NCBI GenBank assembly: GCA_019744845.1
Contig: JAIETW010000001.1
Location: 282,176 to 346,175, forward strand
DNA from: Patescibacteria group bacterium
GTDB lineage: Bacteria; Patescibacteriota; Minisyncoccia; Phycocordibacterales; Phycocordibacteraceae
Direction: 5' to 3'
Length of the DNA stretch: 64,000 nucleotides
The position numbers and the translations under genes are program-made. Positions 47,329 to 55,700 of this stretch are shown here, one piece after another. Every line of letters begins with the position of its first letter. Within the stretch, counting starts at the first letter, position 1. The notes below the pieces were generated by a model. The model was not told the DNA's origin. It was given only the letters and a program-made list of their open reading frames with translations, and did not search any database.

Positions 47329-48900
47329 TTGGCTATGAAATACTTCCTATACGCCCGCAAAAGCACCGACACAGAGGACAAACAGGTTCTCTCTATTGAG
47401 GCGCAACTAGCCGAATTGCGCTCCCTCGCCCGTCGTGATGGGCTAGAAATCGCTGAGGAGTTTGTAGAAAAGCGGAGCGCGAAATCGCTTGGTCGTCCCG
47501 TGTTCGGCGAAATGATGACGCGCATCCAAAACGGTGAGGCACAAGGAATACTCTGTTGGAAGATAGATCGCCTCGCACGTAATCCTGTAGACGGTGGACA
47601 GATTCAGTGGCTACTTCAACAAGGCGTGATTCGCCATATCCAAACGCACGACCGCTCCCACTTTCCGAACGACAATGTGCTGATGATGTCGGTAGAACTC
47701 GGCATGGCGAACGAATATATACGCCAACTCTCCGCAAACACCGCACGGGGATTACGACAGAAAGCGCGAACGGGCGTGTACCCCGGTCTCGCCCCTATCG
47801 GCTACCTAAACGACCCACGCACGAAAACTATCCGCACTCACAAAAAGAACTCTGTACTTGTGCGTGAAATGTTTGAGCGGTACGCGAACGGAAACACAAC
47901 ACTAAACGATCTCGCGCTCTTTCTTGAAAACTCTGGGGTGATTTCTAAGGGCAGTAAGCGCGTAAATATTTCGCGTGTCTCGTTTGTTTTGCAGAACCCT
48001 TTTTACTACGGCCATTTCCGCTACGCGGGCGAAGTATATGAGGGTAAGCACGAGCCGATCATCACGAAAGCGTTATACGACAAAGCGAATACGGTACTGC
48101 GAAGCCGTGGCCGAACTCCGGCCTCTAAAGCCGTTCCTAGCCCCTATTGTGGCCTCCTACGCTGTGGCGAGTGCGGTATGGGCATCACGGCCGAAGTGAA
48201 GGAAAAGCACCAAAAGAACGGCAATGTCCACCACTACACCTACTACCGTTGTACCCGTAAATCTAAAACTCAAAAGTGCAAAGAAGCGCCGATACGAAGC
48301 GAACTTCTTGATTCGCAACTAACGGCACTTCTAGGCGAGTACACGATGCCTGCCGAGTGGGTGTCCCCTCTAAACGAAATGCTCAACCGCGAGGCGACTA
48401 TGGCCTCACAGACCGCATCAGGGGCGATTTTTGAACTACGAGCAAAAGCGGAAGATATATCGCGCCAACTTTCTCGCCTCACGGATTTGTATGTGGCGGA
48501 AGATTTGGAGCGCGATGACTATCTTGCTCGCCGAAAGTCCCTCGTGTCCGACAAGCGGACGCTAGACGAGAAAATCGCCAAACTTGAACAAGCCCCTTCG
48601 GCTTGGGTTGAACCTGTTAGGGAATGGATTTCGGACGCTTCGCGCCTGGGTGAAATCGCAAAGTCCGAAGACCCGCATTCCAAAAAATCCTCCCTCCAGA
48701 AAATTTTCGGACTGAACCTCTCCCTCCACGCGCGCGAAGCGCGCGGAATCCCTGAACTCCCTTGGCGGGAATTGCACTGCGCAAAAATGCATTCGGGAAA
48801 AACTGGGCTGATTTCGATTTTGGAGCCGATGTCCGGGATTGAACCGGAGACCTCGTCCTTCGCTTACACTCTCGCTTCTTGCATGCGCGCGAAAGGCTAG
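47329..48900 (+). CDS. Large serine recombinase (integrase); annotated 3' end uncertain
   Basis: YARKSTDTEDKQ catalytic Ser motif, resolvase domain, recombinase domain, zinc ribbon CGLLRCGECG...YYRC and coiled-coil. The last ~85 codons run through repeat Y and the tRNA. Confidence 0.8.
   Translation: MAMKYFLYARKSTDTEDKQVLSIEAQLAELRSLARRDGLEIAEEFVEKRSAKSLGRPVFGEMMTRIQNGEAQGILCWKIDRLARNPVDGGQIQWLLQQGVIRHIQTHDRSHFPNDNVLMMSVELGMANEYIRQLSANTARGLRQKARTGVYPGLAPIGYLNDPRTKTIRTHKKNSVLVREMFERYANGNTTLNDLALFLENSGVISKGSKRVNISRVSFVLQNPFYYGHFRYAGEVYEGKHEPIITKALYDKANTVLRSRGRTPASKAVPSPYCGLLRCGECGMGITAEVKEKHQKNGNVHHYTYYRCTRKSKTQKCKEAPIRSELLDSQLTALLGEYTMPAEWVSPLNEMLNREATMASQTASGAIFELRAKAEDISRQLSRLTDLYVAEDLERDDYLARRKSLVSDKRTLDEKIAKLEQAPSAWVEPVREWISDASRLGEIAKSEDPHSKKSSLQKIFGLNLSLHAREARGIPELPWRELHCAKMHSGKTGLISILEPMSGIEPETSSFAYTLASCMRAKG
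48683..48825. repeat. Repeat Y, inverted copy (attL-like: tRNA-Thr 3' end + CTCCA + Y arm)
   Basis: Reverse complement of 45156-45307. The CTCCA core is nt 72-76 of tRNA-Thr(GGT). Confidence 0.85.
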
Positions 48901-49074
48901 ACTGTATCTTTATCCTAACGGATACCCTTGTCAGTCGTTCGGGCGATATCTCGCCACGGTCTTGTCTCGCATGAGATATTAACCGTTATTCGGGATTCAC
49001 CTACACATTGCTGCATAAGTGGGCAGGGTCTGCGACCCACCATGGACGCGCTCTACCAACTGAGCTACATCGGC
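48821..49074 (-). tRNA. tRNA-Thr (anticodon GGT) split by a 178-nt group-I-like intron in the anticodon loop; CCA encoded
   Basis: 5' exon GCCGATGTAGCTCAGTTGGTAGAGCGCGTCC-ATGGT; 3' exon AA-GGACG-AGGTC-TCCGGTTCAATCCCGGA-CATCGGC-T-CCA. The exons are near-identical to E. coli tRNA-Thr(GGU). The anticodon stem halves CGTCC/GGACG lie 185 nt apart. Confidence 0.65.
48861..49038 (-). ncRNA. Group-I-like intron in tRNA-Thr(GGT), inserted after anticodon nt 36
   Basis: The 5' exon ends in U. The intron ends in G (GTGTAAGCG|AA). P7-like pairing CGACTGACAAGG...AGATACAGTCTAGCC resembles Tetrahymena CAGACUAAAUG...AGAUAUAGUCGGACC. Confidence 0.5.
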
Positions 49075-49193
49075 ATTATCTGACTCGTAAGGAACCCAGG
49101 CATCCTAACGCGACTGCACTAATCTTTCAATCTTCACCAAGTAACCTGGTAGGCTTGCGAGTGGTTCATAAAGGTATACTCTGCTCATAATAT

Positions 49194-51020
49194 ATGTGTG
49201 GCATCGTTGGATACGTGGGCTCCCGAAGTGCATCTCCTATTCTGATGAATGGGCTTCGTGCGCTTGAATACCGTGGATATGATTCCGCGGGCATCTATAT
49301 AAGCGGTGCGGGCGCTATGAAGCGTGCAGGACAGGTCTCAGCCCTTGCTGATGCCCTTCCAGCCTCCTTTGAGGGTACCTGTGGGATTGCACACACCCGC
49401 TGGGCTACCCATGGCGCCCCAACTGAAGTAAACGCACACCCTCATACCGATGGCGAGGAGAGCGTTTGGCTCGTACATAACGGCATTATTGAAAACTATG
49501 CTGATATCCGTGCCGAACTCGTGAAAGATGGTGCAACGTTTAAATCAGACACGGATACCGAAGTACTCGCGGCCCTCATCGCCAAGAAATACACGGAGGA
49601 TATGCTTCTTGAAGATGCGGTTGCCGCAGCCCTTAAGGAAGTGCGTGGCACCTATGGCATTGCGGTTGCGTCTACCCGCGAACCCGAGAAGATTGTCGCT
49701 GCACGCCTCGCAAGCCCAATCATGCTTGGTATAGGTACTGATGGGTATTACGTTGCCTCTGATGCAACGCCAATTCTGAAACACACACGCGAGGTGGTGT
49801 ATCTGGACGATCGTGAGATGGCAATCCTCACTCCTGATGGATACCGCGTCACGACCCTCTCCAAGGAAGTACTCCAAAAAGAAGTAGAAACTCTAGAGTG
49901 GGATATTGAGTCTGCACAGAAGAAGGGATACGAACACTTCATGCTGAAAGAGATGATGGAGATCCCTGATGCCATTGAAAACACGCTCCGTGGCCGTTTG
50001 GTCCCTGCAAGTGGTGAGGTAAATCTGGGTGGGCTTCGCGATGTACTCCCTCGTATTAAGAATGCAAAGCGCATCGTGATCACTGCCTGCGGAAGCGCCT
50101 TCTACGCCGCACAGGCAGGCGAACTTCTGATTGAAGAGCTTACTGGTATTCCGGTAGAGACGGTACTTGCCTCTGAACTCCGCTATCGTCGCAATACGAT
50201 GGATCCAAACGACACCATCCTCTTTGCGATCTCTCAGTCTGGAGAAACGTTGGATACACTTGAAGCAATTCGTGAAGCAAAGCGTCATGGCATTCTTGTT
50301 CTCGGCGTCGTCAACGTAGTCGGATCTTCTATCGCACGCGAAACAGATGCAGGCGTGTACAACCACGCCGGTCCTGAGATAAGTGTCGCCTCTACTAAGG
50401 CCGTGATCTCACAAATGACGGTACTCGCCCTCATTGCCATTCTTATGGGCCGTAATAATGGGCTCTCCCTTCCCGATGGCGAACGCCTCGTGAAAGAGAT
50501 TGCCCGTCTTCCTGAACTTGCACGCAAGGTGCTTGAAGGACACGAGAAGATTCAAGAGATTGCAAAGAAGTATTCCGACACCACGGGTGCCTTCTACCTC
50601 GGCCGCAAGTTCCAGTATCCGGTTGCGTACGAAGGCGCAATCAAACTTAAGGAGATTTCCTACATCCACGCAGAAGCGTACGGCGCAGGAGAAATGAAGC
50701 ACGGACCTATCGCGCTTATTGAGCCAGCCTTCCTTTCCGTCGTACTTGCACCGGAGGATTCTATGTATGAAAAGTCTAAATCAAACATGCAGGAAATCCG
50801 TGCACGTGGTGGACGCATCCTTGCCATTACCACCGAAGGAAAAGAAGAAGATCTAAAGGGTCTTGCGGATGATGTCCTTTCCGTACCAAAGACGGGTGAA
50901 CTCTTCCTCCCTATTCTCACGACTATTCCTCTGCAGCTCTTTGCATACTATGTCGCCCTACGCCGTGAACTTCCTATTGATAAACCTAGGAATCTTGCGA
51001 AGTCGGTGACTGTGGAGTAG
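49194..51020 (+). CDS. glmS: Glutamine--fructose-6-phosphate aminotransferase
   Basis: MCGIVGY N-terminal nucleophile and two SIS domains. 608 aa. C-terminal ...KSVTVE. Confidence 0.95.
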   Translation: MCGIVGYVGSRSASPILMNGLRALEYRGYDSAGIYISGAGAMKRAGQVSALADALPASFEGTCGIAHTRWATHGAPTEVNAHPHTDGEESVWLVHNGIIENYADIRAELVKDGATFKSDTDTEVLAALIAKKYTEDMLLEDAVAAALKEVRGTYGIAVASTREPEKIVAARLASPIMLGIGTDGYYVASDATPILKHTREVVYLDDREMAILTPDGYRVTTLSKEVLQKEVETLEWDIESAQKKGYEHFMLKEMMEIPDAIENTLRGRLVPASGEVNLGGLRDVLPRIKNAKRIVITACGSAFYAAQAGELLIEELTGIPVETVLASELRYRRNTMDPNDTILFAISQSGETLDTLEAIREAKRHGILVLGVVNVVGSSIARETDAGVYNHAGPEISVASTKAVISQMTVLALIAILMGRNNGLSLPDGERLVKEIARLPELARKVLEGHEKIQEIAKKYSDTTGAFYLGRKFQYPVAYEGAIKLKEISYIHAEAYGAGEMKHGPIALIEPAFLSVVLAPEDSMYEKSKSNMQEIRARGGRILAITTEGKEEDLKGLADDVLSVPKTGELFLPILTTIPLQLFAYYVALRRELPIDKPRNLAKSVTVE

Positions 51021-51747
51021 GAAGTTTTTCTCCAGCACGAGGACCAGCAGTAATAAGTGCAATGTAGGATTCAGACGCAACACTCACGGCGTCCACTATA
51101 TCTAGTTTCCCCTGCACCTCGTGGGTACCCACCAAGAGCATCTTTTCATATCGTGAATTGATAGTTTTCATATCCCCAATCAACTCCAGCATACGATCTA
51201 TCGCCGTTGTGATTTCTGCGGCGCGTGGAATCTCGTACACCGGGCGGTTCCGGTTAAACATTGAACTCTTCGGATTGAGGCGCTCACGTACCTGTATGAG
51301 TTTAGAAATCACACCCGTGCAGAATGAAAGACGGAAGCGGTTTGCCTCAAACACCTTTTTAAAGGCAGAGCCGAATAATTCATTGTTTTTCCCCTTGAAT
51401 TCGCGTCGCTGCTGATGGGTCATGAAATCATCCTGCGTTGCATCGGTAGCAAGAAAGTGAGCTGCAAGATCAGCGGTAAACTGCAATTCACGCATAATCT
51501 CTTCAGGAAGATGGCCGAACACCTCCAGATTCAGATCTGAATTCACCCGTTCGGCATGCCGCCATACTTCTACGAGGTGGTCAGTCACTACCGCCTGTAC
51601 TGCCTGCAACAATTCTGCCTCCGTGCTGATCTTCACGGTAGGAGGAATGTTGGCGAGTACGTCTGGTATCTCGCGACGCCACGGACGAAGTGGGTCGGGT
51701 ACCGCGACAGGCTGTTCGGGTGGAGTGTAGCGCGCAGCCTCTGACAT
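50986..51747 (-). CDS. Hypothetical protein
   Basis: 253 aa, no recognised motif. Second gene of a two-gene minus-strand unit. Overlaps the glmS 3' end by 35 nt. Confidence 0.4.
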   Translation of the reverse strand: MSEAARYTPPEQPVAVPDPLRPWRREIPDVLANIPPTVKISTEAELLQAVQAVVTDHLVEVWRHAERVNSDLNLEVFGHLPEEIMRELQFTADLAAHFLATDATQDDFMTHQQRREFKGKNNELFGSAFKKVFEANRFRLSFCTGVISKLIQVRERLNPKSSMFNRNRPVYEIPRAAEITTAIDRMLELIGDMKTINSRYEKMLLVGTHEVQGKLDIVDAVSVASESYIALITAGPRAGEKLPTPQSPTSQDS

Positions 51748-51783
51748 ACGTATGATTTTACTATAGAATGTAAAAAGATAATG

Positions 51784-52623
51784 TCAATGCTCCCCTTCTA
51801 CCCCATACATTCTATAGAAGTCCTCTATTGCACCTTCTGCTTTGTAGGATTTTAAGGGGAAAAGCTTCATAAGGTCTTGGTCCGTGATGCTATCACCTAG
51901 TGCGTAGAGATTTTGAATAAACTCTCGTCGTGCATCATCTGACTTCAAACGAAGCGTATGATCTAGAAATTGTCCCCAGATCTGCCGACCACGAGAGAAT
52001 ACCCCCGCGCTGGTTTCAAGCGTAAGGTGCGACGTATAACTTTCAGGAAATAGACGCCGATATGCCTCAAGGTTATAGAGCCAGGAGTTTCCGTTTACTG
52101 TCTTTGCATCAGGGTACAGTCGTCGTATGAGCGTAAACATGTCGCGAAGTTCACGACGTCTACGATATATCTTCTCTTCAGTGAGCGGTCCCGTGGCATC
52201 CCGCTCATCGTTTTGAAAGTGAATGGTCACTGCCTGCTCTTCGGGATCGTACTCAGAGTTAAAGCAGCCAAACCGGAACGAACCTTCTGGGTGGTATGGC
52301 TGAGGAGCCATCTTCTCAAGTTGGGTTTTATACTGATCCACGAGTGCATGCGTGACTGTATCTACGGACGCAGTGTTGAACCACTCAGGTACGGTCCCCT
52401 CTACAAAGGTTTCTATTGCAGAAGTAAATCTATGAAGTACTTTCACGAATGGAGCCCCTGTTTGTTCGGAAAGTCGCTTCGCCACAAACACCTGAAACCG
52501 TACATACTCTGGCGCAGGTGGGGCCTCCTTTGTTTCAACCCACCAGTCCGGCGCAGGAAATGTGCTTGCAGGTGCGCGTGCTTCTACTCGCGAAACTTCT
52601 GACATGAAGAGAGTATAAAACAC
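51784..52623 (-). CDS. Hypothetical protein
   Basis: 279 aa. Weak resemblance to GNAT-like/acyltransferase folds (FRFGCFNSEY...NGNSWLYNLEAY), not confirmed. Confidence 0.4.
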   Translation of the reverse strand: MFYTLFMSEVSRVEARAPASTFPAPDWWVETKEAPPAPEYVRFQVFVAKRLSEQTGAPFVKVLHRFTSAIETFVEGTVPEWFNTASVDTVTHALVDQYKTQLEKMAPQPYHPEGSFRFGCFNSEYDPEEQAVTIHFQNDERDATGPLTEEKIYRRRRELRDMFTLIRRLYPDAKTVNGNSWLYNLEAYRRLFPESYTSHLTLETSAGVFSRGRQIWGQFLDHTLRLKSDDARREFIQNLYALGDSITDQDLMKLFPLKSYKAEGAIEDFYRMYGVEGEH

Positions 52624-52735
52624 AAAACCACCTCATGGTGGGGTGGGGTGGCACATGTATGTTGGCGCAGGCTACTGAACGTTGTTGGAACTAGGATACA
52701 GAGAAGATTAATCAAGAGGCTCCTATGTGAAGTTT

Positions 52736-52744
52736 GTTATAATC
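52736..52744 (+). promoter_or_regulatory. Extended -10 promoter element TGtTATAAT upstream of the zinc-ribbon gene
   Basis: tgttataat lies about 30 nt upstream of the 52773 start. No clear -35. Confidence 0.3.
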
Positions 52745-52772
52745 AAGATTATTATTCTTTTGCTAAATTCGT

Positions 52773-53063
52773 ATGAACTGCCCAACCTGTAGTGTTCCCC
52801 TGCTCATTAGCGAGCGTCAAGGAATTGAAATAGATTACTGCCAAAAGTGCCGCGGCGTCTGGCTTGATCGCGGTGAGCTCGACAAGCTTATTGAACGTGC
52901 TGGCTCAACTAGTGCTCGACAACACGGCTCTGGGTACGAAGACGATGATGATGAAAAAAAGGGATTCGGTCAATCCTCAAAACCTGACGGTTTTGGTATG
53001 GGGGGTATGGGGAAAAGACGAGAACGAGAAAACCCTATTGGTGAACTCTTTGATTTCTTCTAG
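52773..53063 (+). CDS. TFIIB-type zinc-ribbon protein (COG3809-like)
   Basis: CPTCSVPL...YCQKCRGVWLDRGELDKL matches the zf-TFIIB family. Acidic/Gly-rich C-terminus. Confidence 0.6.
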   Translation: MNCPTCSVPLLISERQGIEIDYCQKCRGVWLDRGELDKLIERAGSTSARQHGSGYEDDDDEKKGFGQSSKPDGFGMGGMGKRRERENPIGELFDFF

Positions 53064-53261
53064 GCATTCCCCTGTTACTTCCGTTTGAACCAGAAAGACC
53101 GCCCAACGAGGCGGTCTTTCTGTATTCTTTGAGCGTTCAACGTTATGCTTAACCCTTCTTTTCGTCAGGCATTGTGTAATACGTTTCTTCTCTTTCTATG
53201 TACACATTCTTTATATTCCTCAAACCAGCAGTATCATCGAGCGAACCAGCACTGATGAATA

Positions 53262-54186
53262 ACTTGGTAGTTATCCCTTGACAACAGGTAACCCCCGGAA
53301 CTAGAATTGGAGTATATGAAGTACACCATTATCCAGTTCCAGAAAGATTATCCGACCGACGATGCCTGCCTTGAACGCCTCTTTAGGCAGAAGTTCCCCA
53401 ATACCGAGGGATACTACAGAATCAAGAATCGCATGTGCTACTCCCACAAGACCACCCGCCACCAGATACATCCCCTCGCAGGCACTATCTTTGAGAAGAC
53501 CTCAACTCCTCTCACGCTCTGGTTCCATGCAATATATCTCTTCTCTACTTCTAAGAATGGAGTATCTGCCAAAGAGCTTCAGCGTCAGCTTGGCGTCACA
53601 TACAAGACTGCATGGCGCATGGCGCATCAGATTCGGAAGCTCATGGAGCAGGGCTCAGATCCGCTTTCAGGGGTGGTGGAAGTAGATGAGACGTACTTCG
53701 GGAAGCGAGGAGACAATGAGAGAAAATTCAAGAACAAGGCGGCGCTTATCGGAGCCGTGGAGCGCAAGGGACGTGTACGGGCAGTCAAAGCTCCTAATCG
53801 TAGAGCAGAAATAGTCTTACCCTTCGTAAAGGAGAACGTGGAGCGCGGCGCTCACGTGATGACGGATGAATACAGCGCCTATGGCAGGCTTACAGGTTCA
53901 GCGTATGGATACGCCCACACGTCCGTAAAGCACGGCAAGAAACACTACACCTGGGGCGAGAGCCACACGAATACCATTGAGGGCTTCTGGGGCCAGTTTA
54001 AGCGCTCTGTTAGGGGGACGTACTCTTTCGTTTCTTCGCAGCACCTGCAGGCTTACGTGAACGAGTTCGCGTTCCGCTATAATTACCGGTCTTCTTCGGT
54101 TTTCGACCAACTACTGGCGAGGATATAGCTTTGGAGAGGAGGCGTTCGAAGTCGTCCTTTTGGGTCATGGAAGGAATTCTACCATT
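53262..54186. mobile_element. Tentative IS1595-family element boundaries (imperfect 12-bp IRs TGGTAGTTATCC / GGAATTCTACCA)
   Basis: Left IR tggtagttatcc at ~53265. Right gga​attctacca at ~54173, reverse complement tggtagaattcc (9/12 match). Boundaries not certain. Confidence 0.3.
53307..54128 (+). CDS. IS1595-family transposase (ISXO2-like DDE domain)
   Basis: N-terminal zinc region, VEVDETYFGKRG, HVMTDEYSAYGRL, NTIEGFWGQFKR. Characteristic ISXO2-like domain. Confidence 0.85.
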   Translation: MEYMKYTIIQFQKDYPTDDACLERLFRQKFPNTEGYYRIKNRMCYSHKTTRHQIHPLAGTIFEKTSTPLTLWFHAIYLFSTSKNGVSAKELQRQLGVTYKTAWRMAHQIRKLMEQGSDPLSGVVEVDETYFGKRGDNERKFKNKAALIGAVERKGRVRAVKAPNRRAEIVLPFVKENVERGAHVMTDEYSAYGRLTGSAYGYAHTSVKHGKKHYTWGESHTNTIEGFWGQFKRSVRGTYSFVSSQHLQAYVNEFAFRYNYRSSSVFDQLLARI

Positions 54187-54214
54187 TGCTGTCTGAGGCA
54201 ATTGTGGAACTTTC

Positions 54215-54826
54215 TTAGGTTCTCGTTTGTTCTAATAAGGTGAAGGGAATGTGCATTATTTGCTCTTTCTTGTATACAGCATAATGCGTCTTGTCATAAA
54301 AATTGTCTTTTATGCCATCGTACGCGATACTCCTGTCGTATTCCAAACCATTTCGAGTTACTTTTGCAATACGCGGTGTTCTGATGTTTAAAAAACAGGG
54401 ATAAACGGAGCGCTCGGCTGCTTTTCCTGGAGCTGTTTTTATTCTTCCCCAATACTCAGCATAACTCCATAGATCGGAAAAGTAGACCAGGTCGTCAGAT
54501 AAAGAGTCAGGCATTAACCCTTCGGCATTTGGAATATCTACCGGTGTTCCGTGGAAAAATACTTTTGGCTCTCCTGTGGATTCGTAAACGACTGTGCTTG
54601 CGTTCTTGGAATCGGATTCCCAATCTCCAAACCAATTCTTAAATGTGCTTGTTCTTATTATTCTGCAGAGGAGTTCATTGTCCCGAAGTTCGGAGATTTC
54701 CCCGTTAGGAGCCAAAATTTCTCCCTTTTCGTTGCGTTCCAATATGATGCTTTCTGCCTCTTTCTCGCACTGCTCAAATAGAGTAAACATGTGCTCTGGT
54801 GAACGAAAAGTCTCTGGAGATTGCAT
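54215..54826 (-). CDS. Hypothetical protein with ART-fold-like HGT motif (possible ADP-ribosyltransferase/Tpt1-like)
   Basis: KVFFHGTPVD...VYFSDLWSY...EYD is reminiscent of H-Y-E ART-fold proteins (diphtheria-toxin/Tpt1-like HGT). Weak. Confidence 0.3.
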   Translation of the reverse strand: MQSPETFRSPEHMFTLFEQCEKEAESIILERNEKGEILAPNGEISELRDNELLCRIIRTSTFKNWFGDWESDSKNASTVVYESTGEPKVFFHGTPVDIPNAEGLMPDSLSDDLVYFSDLWSYAEYWGRIKTAPGKAAERSVYPCFLNIRTPRIAKVTRNGLEYDRSIAYDGIKDNFYDKTHYAVYKKEQIMHIPFTLLEQTRT

Positions 54827-54872
54827 GACCGTATTTTAACCTATTGCTTGGCTGTCTAGAATTCGAACATTC

Positions 54873-55172
54873 TTAAACTACCTGTCTCCAGGGGATAAGT
54901 ACCAATAACTTAGGCCCTGCTGTCTGTCTTTTAAAGAGTGCAGAACCACATGCTGCACAGAAACCGCGCTCTGCCGACTCTGAAGAGGCGAACCATGAGA
55001 TGTCTCCTTTAAGCGCCACATCTTCTACGTTGGCCACTATCATTGGATTGTAGTTTCCGTGGTACCGCTGACAACTCTTACAGTGGCAAGAAACCACCCC
55101 AGTATATTCACCAGTGATGCTATAGGTTACGTTCCCGCATACACATGCTCCTGTTTTTTCTTTCATATGCAT
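54873..55172 (-). CDS. GFA (glutathione-dependent formaldehyde-activating/CENP-V-like) family protein
   Basis: CVCGNV...CHCKSCQRYHG...CAACGSALF: the Zn-binding Cys pattern of the GFA domain. Confidence 0.65.
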   Translation of the reverse strand: MHMKEKTGACVCGNVTYSITGEYTGVVSCHCKSCQRYHGNYNPMIVANVEDVALKGDISWFASSESAERGFCAACGSALFKRQTAGPKLLVLIPWRQVV

Positions 55173-55244
55173 CAGTATACTGCCAGTTTAAACGTCTCGT
55201 TTACCGAAACACAAAACCGCCTAGATAGGCGGCTTGTGTGAGTG

Positions 55245-55318
55245 CGCGGTCGACGAGACTTGAACTCGCAACCTCCCGCGTGACAGGCGGGTGCTCTAAC
55301 CAGTTGAGCTACGACCGC
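55245..55318 (-). tRNA. tRNA-Asp (anticodon GTC)
   Basis: GCGGTCG acceptor, anticodon arm CCCGC-CTGTCAC-GCGGG, T-arm GCGAGTTCAAGTCTCGT, discriminator G. Confidence 0.85.
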
Positions 55319-55592
55319 AAACGAGCACAGAGGGCACTTTAGCTGGTTTTTGCTCCTGGAGCAAGCTTCTTCCACATCCCCCGAAGGGCCACAAGGGCCC
55401 ATACTGTCTCAATGACAATGAAAGGCCAGGAGTTGATAAGGACCGCATACCAGGTGAGGAGTGCTGCCCCTACAAAGTTAAGCGTGTTGTACCAGAGACC
55501 CTCATCCTCCATGACGTTCAGCGCGCCTGCAATAAACGCAGCCAGCAGAAGAGCTGCTCCGAGAACGCCTATAAGGGTAATGGGATCTATAG

Positions 55593-55666
55593 TGCTGGTG
55601 GGAGGACTTGCACCTCCGACCTTGGGTTTATGAGTCCCATGCTCTAACTACCTGAGCTACACCAGC
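55593..55666 (-). tRNA. tRNA with CAT anticodon (elongator Met or Ile2-lysidine type)
   Basis: G1:C72, anticodon loop CTCATAA, variable AGGTC, atypical T-loop TGCAAGT. Not initiator-like. Confidence 0.65.
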
Positions 55667-55700
55667 AGTCTCCGCACCTTACTATTTTTATGCCCGTACT

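Larger units (their letters stand above)
40707..48820. mobile_element. Putative ~8.1-kb integrated element at the tRNA-Thr(GGT) 3' end, bounded by CTCCA cores of hybrid att-like sites
   Basis: The left junction is the X arm joined to CTCCA and the cPGI end. The right junction is the tRNA 3' end joined to CTCCA and the Y arm. An internal X-CTCCA-Y (attP-like) site lies in inverted orientation. Cargo: large serine recombinase, AbiEi/AbiEii, copper/redox module. Confidence 0.5.

Noticed and set aside
47329-48900. Taking the full 523-aa ORF as the true serine recombinase length
   Set aside because: The last ~85 codons are encoded by repeat Y and the tRNA-Thr exon on the opposite strand, so the real C-terminus probably lies upstream. 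The ORF-track coordinates are kept but flagged as uncertain.
49075-49193. glmS ribozyme upstream of glmS
   Set aside because: Only ~120 nt are available and there is no resemblance to the conserved ribozyme core.
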